The position numbers were made by a program, and so were the translations under genes. DNA of 32,000 nucleotides from Geotalea uraniireducens Rf4 (GTDB taxonomy: Bacteria; Desulfobacterota; Desulfuromonadia; Geobacterales; Geobacteraceae): positions 4,830,001 through 4,862,000 of the forward strand of contig NC_009483.1 in NCBI RefSeq assembly GCF_000016745.1, given 5' to 3'. Positions 25,636 to 32,000 of this stretch are shown here, one piece after another (the first letter of the stretch is position 1; each line of letters opens with the position of its first letter). The notes below the pieces were generated by a model. That model ran no database searches. It was not told the DNA's origin and saw nothing but the letters and a program-made list of their open reading frames with translations.

Positions 25636-28200
25636 ATGAATTTCAGCAAGATTCTCCACAGGTTTACTGTTACCCCTTCCCTGCCAAGGGAATTGGCGGG
25701 GCTGCAACGCATTGCCTATAACCTCTGGTGGAGCTGGGAACCGGACGCCATCGAGCTTTTCACGAGGCTCGACCCCGAGTTGTGGCGGGAAACCCGCCAT
25801 AATCCCGTGGAGATGCTCGGCATCCTTCAGCAGACCACCCTTGAAGGGTTGAAGTCCGATGAAGGTTTCATCTCCCACCTGGCCATGGTTGACGACAAGC
25901 TCACGGAATATCTCACGGCCAAGACCTGGTTCGATAAGCTGCACAAGGGGGAAAAAAATCTCAAGGTTGCCTATTTCTCCATGGAATTCGGCCTCCACGA
26001 GTCGCTCCCCATCTATTCCGGGGGGCTCGGCATCCTCGCCGGCGACCATCTCAAATCGGCCAGCGACCTGGGACTGCCGCTGGTCGGCGTCGGACTCTTG
26101 TACCGCCAGGGATATTTTCGTCAATACCTGAACATCGAAGGATGGCAGCAGGAATTCTACCCGGAAAACGACTTCTACAACCTGCCGCTGCATCTGGAAC
26201 GCAGTGCCGACGGCGCCCCCCTTTCCTTTGAACTGGACCTGGCCGGGAACAGGGTGAAGGCACATATCTGGAGGGCGCAGGTGGGTCGCATCCCCCTCTT
26301 CCTCCTGGACACGAACCTGGAAGAGAACTCCCCCGAAGACCGGAACATAACGACCCGCCTCTACGGCGGAGATCAGGACATGCGCATCAGGCAGGAGATA
26401 CTCCTCGCCATCGGCGGCGTCAGGGCTCTTCACCTCATGGGGATCGATCCAAATGTCTGCCACATGAACGAAGGTCACGCCGCTTTTCTCGCCCTGGAGA
26501 GGACCAGTATCCTCATGGAAGATCGTAAGCTGAAATTCAGCGAAGCGCGCGAGGCGGTAAAGGCGGGGACGGTCTTTACCACCCACACCCCGGTCGAAGC
26601 CGGCATCGACCATTTCCCGTCCGACCTGATCGAGAAGTACATGGGGCGCTACTACCGCAGCCTGGGGCTTTCCCGCGAAGAATTCCTCGGCCTTGGGCGT
26701 CAGAACCCGAAAAACCCCCACGAAACCTTCTGCATGGCGGTCCTCGCCCTGAAGCTCACAGGGCATGCCAACGGCGTCAGCCAGCTCCACGGCGAGGTTT
26801 CACGGAAAATGTGGAAAAACATCTGGCCCGATCTCCCCGAGGAACACCTGCCGCTCACCTCCATCACCAACGGCGTCCACAACAAGTCCTGGCTTTCCCG
26901 TGAGATGGCAAGGCTCCTCATCCGTTACCTGGGGACCCGCTGGCTGGAAGACCCGACCGATGCCGGTGTCTGGCGGAGGGTTTCGCGGATTCCCGACGGA
27001 GAGCTGTGGCGCACCCATAAACACGGCAGGGAGCACCTCGTGGATTACGCGCGGAAGAGGCTCAAGGAGCAGCTCTGCCAGGTAGGAGCCACGGCCAAGG
27101 AGATTGCGGTGGCAGACGAAGTCCTCGACCCCGACATCCTGACCATCGGTTTTGCCCGCCGCTTTGCCACATACAAGCGGGGCACCCTGCTATTGCATGA
27201 CACGGAGCGGCTTGCCCGGATCGTTAATGATTCGCTCAGGCCCGTGCAGATCGTTTTTGCCGGCAAGGCCCACCCTGCCGACCACCAGGGGAAGGAGCTG
27301 ATCAGGCAGATTGTCCGACTCTCCCATCAGGAACGGTTCCGCCACCGCATCGTTTTCCTGGAAGACTACGACATGTCGGTTGCCCGACACCTGGTGCAGG
27401 GAGTCGACGTCTGGCTCAACACCCCCCTGCGCCCCCTGGAAGCCAGCGGGACCAGCGGCATGAAGGTGGCCTTCAACGGCGGCCTCAACATGAGCGTGCT
27501 CGACGGCTGGTGGTGTGAAGGATACCGGGGGAACAACGGCTGGGCCATCGGCAGGGGGGAGGTCTATGACGACCTGGACTACCAGAACGAGGTGGAAAGC
27601 AGGGCCATCTACGATCTGCTGGAAAAAGAGATCGTGCCGCTTTTTTACGACCGCGGCAGTGACGGAATACCGCGCGGATGGGTCACCTGCGTGAAGGCGT
27701 CGCTGCAATCGCTCTGTCCGACATTCAGTACCGACAGAATGGTGCAGCAATACGCGGAGAACTTCTATCTCCCCGCTTATGAACAGTGGCAGAAGCTCAA
27801 CCGTAAAGAATCGCTGCTGGCAAGGGACCTGGCGCAATGGAAGGAAAAAATCCAGCGGCTCTGGCACCAGGTAAGGATTGACGAGGTGGAGGCAGAACTG
27901 ACCCAGGAAATAATGGCCGGAACGAAGATCCCCGTCACGGCCAGAATCTTTCTGGGCGAAATCCCGCTGCAGGAAATTGCCGCAGATGTCTATTTCGGGG
28001 TGCTCGATTCCCGCGGCGCCATTGTCGGCGGCGAGATCGTCCCCCTCGAACCTGTTTCCGAGATTGACGACGGAAGCCATTCCTTCAGAGGCGAGCTGGA
28101 TTGCAGGTTTTGCGGCAGGCACGGCTTCATGCTGCGGGTCATGCCCAGGCACCATGAGCTTGGCACCGTTTATGAGCCGAAGCTCGTTCTCTGGGGTTAG
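25636..28200 (+). CDS. glgP: Alpha-glucan (glycogen/maltodextrin) phosphorylase, GT35 family
   Basis: 854 aa. GGLGILAGDHLKSASDLG, the EASGTSGMKVAFNG pyridoxal-phosphate lysine motif, and an N-terminal extension of the alpha-glucan phosphorylase subfamily. GGAGG RBS. Confidence 0.9.
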   Translation: MNFSKILHRFTVTPSLPRELAGLQRIAYNLWWSWEPDAIELFTRLDPELWRETRHNPVEMLGILQQTTLEGLKSDEGFISHLAMVDDKLTEYLTAKTWFDKLHKGEKNLKVAYFSMEFGLHESLPIYSGGLGILAGDHLKSASDLGLPLVGVGLLYRQGYFRQYLNIEGWQQEFYPENDFYNLPLHLERSADGAPLSFELDLAGNRVKAHIWRAQVGRIPLFLLDTNLEENSPEDRNITTRLYGGDQDMRIRQEILLAIGGVRALHLMGIDPNVCHMNEGHAAFLALERTSILMEDRKLKFSEAREAVKAGTVFTTHTPVEAGIDHFPSDLIEKYMGRYYRSLGLSREEFLGLGRQNPKNPHETFCMAVLALKLTGHANGVSQLHGEVSRKMWKNIWPDLPEEHLPLTSITNGVHNKSWLSREMARLLIRYLGTRWLEDPTDAGVWRRVSRIPDGELWRTHKHGREHLVDYARKRLKEQLCQVGATAKEIAVADEVLDPDILTIGFARRFATYKRGTLLLHDTERLARIVNDSLRPVQIVFAGKAHPADHQGKELIRQIVRLSHQERFRHRIVFLEDYDMSVARHLVQGVDVWLNTPLRPLEASGTSGMKVAFNGGLNMSVLDGWWCEGYRGNNGWAIGRGEVYDDLDYQNEVESRAIYDLLEKEIVPLFYDRGSDGIPRGWVTCVKASLQSLCPTFSTDRMVQQYAENFYLPAYEQWQKLNRKESLLARDLAQWKEKIQRLWHQVRIDEVEAELTQEIMAGTKIPVTARIFLGEIPLQEIAADVYFGVLDSRGAIVGGEIVPLEPVSEIDDGSHSFRGELDCRFCGRHGFMLRVMPRHHELGTVYEPKLVLWG

Positions 28201-28219
28201 GATAGGGACGAAACAGGTA

Positions 28220-28261
28220 ACTTGTTGACGTTCTTCGATCAGACCATGATGGTCAACAAGT
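28220..28261. other. 10-bp inverted repeat between the convergent glgP and DUF2442 genes
   Basis: ACTTGTTGAC-22 nt-GTCAACAAGT. There are no flanking U-tracts, so it is not a canonical terminator. Confidence 0.4.
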
Positions 28262-28307
28262 CACCAGCATCCTATCAGCCTCGCTAGGGAATCCCCCTGA
28301 ATACCGT

Positions 28308-28595
28308 TCATGCCAGATGCCATATCCCCGTGGTTTTGATAGCGTCATACATGGCATCGGGGGCAAGATCAATCTCACCCGGCCACGTCACGGCGCCATA
28401 TTCCACAAAAACCCTATCAAATACATTGGGATCAGCCAGCGCTGAAAACACGCCAGCGCTTTGGCTATGGATGAGTTCGTTCATCTCTACCCATCCTTGT
28501 AGCCCATCCAAAAAGCGGACTTTCAACCGAAATCCCGGGTAAGCGGTAACCTCGGCCACACGCCAGGGAGAGCGGGGATTAACAGGTGGAATCAT
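28308..28595 (-). CDS. DUF2442-family small protein
   Basis: WRVAEVTAYPGFRLKVRFLDGLQGWVEMNELI ... YGAVTWPGEIDLAPDAMY matches the DUF2442 pattern by eye. The start is placed at MIPPVNP (28595), which gives an ATGA overlap with the upstream gene. Confidence 0.7.
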   Translation of the reverse strand: MIPPVNPRSPWRVAEVTAYPGFRLKVRFLDGLQGWVEMNELIHSQSAGVFSALADPNVFDRVFVEYGAVTWPGEIDLAPDAMYDAIKTTGIWHLA

Positions 28596-28852
28596 GCCAA
28601 GGGTTGAATCTTTTTGGGGGTCTGATTCTGTTCGCATAGTTGCCAATCCTCCATTAACTCGGCGCGGTGCTCCTGCGCCCATTCCAACACCAATACCAAG
28701 GCTCTTTTGGGAATGTTTCCGGAAAATATCTCCAGGGTACGAATATCAATCAAGATTTCGTATTCTCCATACAAAGCGTGAAAATGCGGAGGAGCGTGTT
28801 CACGCCAGTGCATTTGAATTAAAATTCCATAAAACATGGAAATAGTCGGCAT
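28592..28852 (-). CDS. DUF4160-family small protein
   Basis: MPTISMFYGILIQMHWREHAPPHFHALYGEYE is the characteristic DUF4160 N-terminus. GGAGG RBS. Confidence 0.75.
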   Translation of the reverse strand: MPTISMFYGILIQMHWREHAPPHFHALYGEYEILIDIRTLEIFSGNIPKRALVLVLEWAQEHRAELMEDWQLCEQNQTPKKIQPLA

Positions 28853-28967
28853 GGTTATTTCCCTCCAAAAAACAGTTTGTTCAGCGCCTTATCTTCATAC
28901 GACACGGACGAAAAACAACGATTCCAACTTCTTAATTTTATCCCTACTTTTGTATTTGTTTTTGAGG

Positions 28968-28996
28968 ATAATACGGTTTTTATGAAGTGATTTCAA
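28968..28996 (-). promoter_or_regulatory. Sigma-70-type promoter candidate for the DUF4160/DUF2442 cassette
   Basis: The minus strand reads TTGAAA-17 nt-TATTAT, about 110 nt upstream of the DUF4160 ATG. Confidence 0.4.
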
Positions 28997-29066
28997 TGGC
29001 GAAGTGGGTGGATTCACTTTTCCTGCACCTGGGAGGTAATCATAGTCATCCTGGGTTGTCAATCTT

Positions 29067-30131
29067 CTATATCTTCCCTTTCAGGCTGTACACATATGCC
29101 AGTATCTCAGCCACCGCTGCATAGAGGGCTTCCGGAATCTCCTCACCTTCCTTGACCTGGGCATAGAGCTCGCGGGCGAGAAAGCGGTTTTCCACCAGGG
29201 TTATGTTGCTCTCTCTGGCTATCTCCTTGATCCGCTGGGCAAGGAAGTCCGCCCCCTTGGCCAGCACCACCGGTGCGGCCATTTTCTGTCTGTCATACTT
29301 AAGCGCCACGGCAAAGTGGGTCGGGTTGGTTACAACCACATCGGCAGTGGGAATAATGAGTCTCATCCTTCGACGGGCCTGCTCAAACTGCTTCTGCTTG
29401 ATTTTCCCCTTTATATGAGGGTCACCCTCGGAATCCTTGTTTTCATCCTTCACCTCCTGTTTGGTCATCTTCAGGTTTTCAATGAAGCGCCACTTGACAA
29501 AAATAAGATCGAGCACGGACAGGATGAACAAGGCGCCACAGGTATGAAGGACGATCTTGAACGAAATATGGCCGATGAACTCGGTTATCCCGCCGATATC
29601 CATATCCACCAGATAAATCAGATTATTTACCTCGTCCCGCATGACCCGGTAAGCCATGTAACCGACAATCACTATTTTCAGGAACGACTTGAGCACCTGC
29701 ACTGCCGCATCCTTGTTGAAAAGCCGCTTGACGCCCTGAACCGGGTTTAACTTTTCAAAATCAAAACCGATCTTCTCGAATGATGTTGAAATCCCTCCCT
29801 GGCTGATTTCGGCGACGAGCCCGGCGACGACAACCACCAGGAGAAACGGCGCAAGCACCAGTGTCGTGGTGAAAAGGAGCTTCAGCATGAGGGTATAGAC
29901 CCCAGCCTGGGTCATGTCCTGGGTAGCGATACCGGCCAACAGCTCCTTAGCGCTGCCTTTCAGGGTTGAAAACATGAAGCCGCCGGTAACATAGAGGGCA
30001 ATGATACCGGCCATCAAGGTAACCGTCGATGTAAGGTCGCGGCTTCGGGGGATGTTCCCCTTCTCCTTGGCATCGGAGATCCGCTTCCCCGTCGGTTGTT
30101 CTGTTTTTGAATGTTTGTCCTGTTCAGACAT
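29067..30131 (-). CDS. flhB: Flagellar export apparatus switch protein FlhB
   Basis: N-terminus MSEQDKHSKTEQPTGKRISDAKEKGNIPRSRDL, four TM helices, and the NPTH autocleavage site (VVTNPTHFAVALKY). Confidence 0.95.
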   Translation of the reverse strand: MSEQDKHSKTEQPTGKRISDAKEKGNIPRSRDLTSTVTLMAGIIALYVTGGFMFSTLKGSAKELLAGIATQDMTQAGVYTLMLKLLFTTTLVLAPFLLVVVVAGLVAEISQGGISTSFEKIGFDFEKLNPVQGVKRLFNKDAAVQVLKSFLKIVIVGYMAYRVMRDEVNNLIYLVDMDIGGITEFIGHISFKIVLHTCGALFILSVLDLIFVKWRFIENLKMTKQEVKDENKDSEGDPHIKGKIKQKQFEQARRRMRLIIPTADVVVTNPTHFAVALKYDRQKMAAPVVLAKGADFLAQRIKEIARESNITLVENRFLARELYAQVKEGEEIPEALYAAVAEILAYVYSLKGKI

Positions 30132-30140
30132 GGGGTAGGC

Positions 30141-30926
30141 CTAGGAGAGGAGCTTGAAGAGTGTCTTTATCTGCCCGTCTATGCCGCCGAACGCGTTCTC
30201 CAAGGTACGGAGGAAAGTCAAGAGCGACAGTCCGAGGGCCAGAAAACCGATACCGATGTTGAGCGGCATGCTTACCATAAAAATGTTCATCTGCGGGAAT
30301 GAGCGGGCCATTATGCCGAGGGCTACACTGGTGGCCAGCAACGCCACCATTATCGGCGCTGATAGTTTTATGGCCAGGATAAAGATCGCCCCGGTAGTAG
30401 TAATGATGAATTGCATGAGACCGCCGCTCATATGCCAAGCCCCCACGGGAATAACGCGGTAACTCTCCACGATGGCACGGATGAAAATATGGTGAACCCC
30501 CAGGGAGAGGAAAAGAAGCATTGCCAGTATACCTTGCAGCAGGGCCACGGTCGGGACATTTGCCTGGGTGTTCGGGTCGAACAAAGAGGCCATGGATATG
30601 CCCATCTGCATGCCGACGATCTGACCGCAGAATTCGACGGCGGCGAATATGGCCTGGGATATGATGCCGATGGTGAGGCCGATCAAGGTTTCGCGGACGA
30701 CAAGGAGACTCAGCGAGATGGAATCCGAAGGGAGGGGGGGTATCTGCGTCCTGATCACCGGATAGAGAAGGAGGGCCATCACCATGATGACAGCGGCCTT
30801 GACCCGTACCGGCACGGATTTGGAGCCGAACAGGGGAATTGCTGCGAATAGCCCGGCCATCCGCCCCACGACAAGACTGAATAGCGTAAGATCATTGATA
30901 GTGGATAAAGGGATGGCGGGGAACAC
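30141..30926 (-). CDS. fliR: Flagellar export apparatus protein FliR
   Basis: 261-aa polytopic membrane protein between fliQ and flhB. GTG start 2 nt after the fliQ stop, with GAGG upstream. Confidence 0.92.
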   Translation of the reverse strand: MFPAIPLSTINDLTLFSLVVGRMAGLFAAIPLFGSKSVPVRVKAAVIMVMALLLYPVIRTQIPPLPSDSISLSLLVVRETLIGLTIGIISQAIFAAVEFCGQIVGMQMGISMASLFDPNTQANVPTVALLQGILAMLLFLSLGVHHIFIRAIVESYRVIPVGAWHMSGGLMQFIITTTGAIFILAIKLSAPIMVALLATSVALGIMARSFPQMNIFMVSMPLNIGIGFLALGLSLLTFLRTLENAFGGIDGQIKTLFKLLS

Positions 30927-30928
30927 GG

Positions 30929-31198
30929 TCAGTGCCTCATATTTGCTATCATGCCGTAAATCTCGCGGGTAAAGTCACCCATGTAGCTCATCATCCATGG
31001 GAAGAAGATGACCAGGGCCACCATGACCGCCGCTATCTTGGGGGCAAAGGCGAGGGTCGCCTCATTGATCGAGGTAACCGCCTGGAAGATGCTGATCAGC
31101 AACCCGACGACCAGGCTGAAGATCAGGAGTGGAGCAGACAAAAGGAGCGTCGCCTCAAAACTGCGACGTGCCAGCTGGACAACCAGTTCGGGTGTCAT
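30929..31198 (-). CDS. fliQ: Flagellar export apparatus protein FliQ
   Basis: 89 aa with two TM helices and a typical FliQ sequence (LLLSAPLLIFSLVVGLLISIFQAVTSINE). RBS GGAGG at 31205-31209. Confidence 0.95.
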   Translation of the reverse strand: MTPELVVQLARRSFEATLLLSAPLLIFSLVVGLLISIFQAVTSINEATLAFAPKIAAVMVALVIFFPWMMSYMGDFTREIYGMIANMRH

Positions 31199-31221
31199 AA
31201 AAAACCTCCGGAAATCAGGTT

Positions 31222-31347
31222 CGAGGAACGAGGAACGAGGAACGAGGAACGAGGAACGAGGAACGAGGAACGAGGAACGAGGAACGAGGAACGAGGAACG
31301 AGGAACGAGGAACGAGGAACGAGGAACGAGGTTCGAGGTTCGAGGTT
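31222..31347. repeat. Heptanucleotide tandem array: 15 perfect CGAGGAA units followed by 3 CGAGGTT units
   Basis: Counted directly. Unit starts fall every 7 nt from 31222 to 31320 (CGAGGAA) and at 31327, 31334 and 31341 (CGAGGTT). A degenerate tcaggtt unit precedes the array. Confidence 0.97.
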
Positions 31348-31359
31348 ATTTTGTCCTTT

Positions 31360-31407
31360 ATCCTCGTTCCTTTATCCTCGTTCCTTTGTTCTCTATCCTC
31401 ATTCCTT
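31360..31407. repeat. Three inverted partial copies of the heptamer array
   Basis: ATCCTCGTTCCTT occurs twice (31360, 31374) and ATCCTCATTCCTT once (31395). TCCTCGTTCC is the exact reverse complement of GGAACGAGGA, which occurs in every register of the array. Confidence 0.85.
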
Positions 31408-31409
31408 TT

Positions 31410-32000
31410 TTATCCAAAACTCTTGACCAGTGAGCCGATGACGAGTCCCCAGCCATCCACCAGGACAAACAGGAGAATCTTAAAGGGGAGTGATATCATG
31501 ACCGGCGGCAGCATCATCATCCCCATGGACATGAGGACCGATGCCACAACCATGTCCAGCACCAGAAAGGGGATGAAAACCAGGAAACCGATCTGGAAGG
31601 CGGTCTTCAGCTCACTGACCATGTATGCCGGAATGAGGGTCAGGGTAGGAATGTCATCGGCGTTTTTCGGACGGGGGAGTTTCGAAAGGCTTAAGAACAG
31701 GGCAAGGTCTTTTTCCCTTACCTGCGAAAGCATGAATTTCCTGACCGGCGCAACAGCTCTTTTGAAAGCTTCTTCCTGGCTGATGGTCTGCGCCTTATAG
31801 GGCTGTAGAGCCTGGGTGTTGATCTGTTGCCATACGGGAGCCATGATGAAAAAGGTCAAAAACAGCGACAGACCGATGATGATCTGATTCGAAGGCGCCT
31901 GCTGCGTACCAATGGCATTTCTTAAAAATGACAGGACCACGACGATGCGCGTGAACGACGTGGTCATCATCAAGAGCCCGGGAGCGAGCGACAGAACCGT
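31410..32000 (-). CDS. fliP: Flagellar export apparatus protein FliP (N-terminus outside window)
   Basis: [47 protein letters not shown] ... is a conserved FliP sequence. The frame stays open to the window end. Stop is TAA at 31410-31412. Confidence 0.93.
   Translation of the reverse strand, partial: TVLSLAPGLLMMTTSFTRIVVVLSFLRNAIGTQQAPSNQIIIGLSLFLTFFIMAPVWQQINTQALQPYKAQTISQEEAFKRAVAPVRKFMLSQVREKDLALFLSLSKLPRPKNADDIPTLTLIPAYMVSELKTAFQIGFLVFIPFLVLDMVVASVLMSMGMMMLPPVMISLPFKILLFVLVDGWGLVIGSLVKSFG

Noticed and set aside
31222-31347. Possible CRISPR array
   Set aside because: The units are 7 nt, directly abutting and without spacers, and no cas genes are nearby. This is a microsatellite, not a CRISPR array.
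30932-31433. Plus-strand ORFs (164 and 141 aa) containing EERGTRN repeats across the heptamer array
   Set aside because: The repeat peptide is just the 7-nt unit read in all three frames (3 units = 21 nt). The ORFs run antisense through fliQ and have no RBS. They are artefacts of the tandem repeat, not genes.

Overview
The window looks like a chromosomal segment from a Geobacter-type deltaproteobacterium (Desulfuromonadales). This assignment is an inference from gene content and synteny, not a database hit. Most of the window is ordinary, densely packed operons.

Gene content, left to right:
- 3' end of a methyl-accepting chemotaxis protein gene, then cheA (with a fused receiver), cheB and a CheY-like receiver.
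- cysS.
- A 61-aa ribbon-helix-helix-like gene preceded by a sigma-54 (-24/-12) promoter. Upstream of it lies a sigma-54 activator whose sensor region resembles an [FeFe]-hydrogenase H-cluster domain.
- A small ORF followed by a secreted transglutaminase-like protein.
- A long minus-strand cobamide block with two cobalamin riboswitches. One fronts cobU-cobT-cobS-cobC-cbiA plus a ThiC paralogue (bzaF-type). The other fronts cbiM-cbiN-cbiQ-cbiO.
- engB, an HDOD-domain protein, and a 69-aa orphan ORF.
- A HAMP histidine kinase with an NtrC-type response regulator, then an alpha-glucan phosphorylase.
- A DUF4160/DUF2442 two-gene cassette.
- flhB-fliR-fliQ-fliP, with fliP truncated at the window end.

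The parts that annotation does not explain are structured, repeat-built spacers inside operons:
- A perfectly homogeneous 15-copy CGAGGAA heptamer array, plus 3 CGAGGTT units, with downstream inverted copies. It fills the normally tiny fliP-fliQ gap.
- A heptamer-built palindrome that occupies almost the entire cobT-cobS spacer and buries the cobS start region.
- A REP/MITE-like palindrome between cbiQ and cbiO.
- An 11-bp GC hairpin between cbiN and cbiQ.

The other candidate regulatory system is the hydrogenase-like activator, its TGTGCC-N6-GGCACA palindromes, the sigma-54 promoter and the RHH gene. It probably corresponds to the HgtR-type circuit known from Geobacter.
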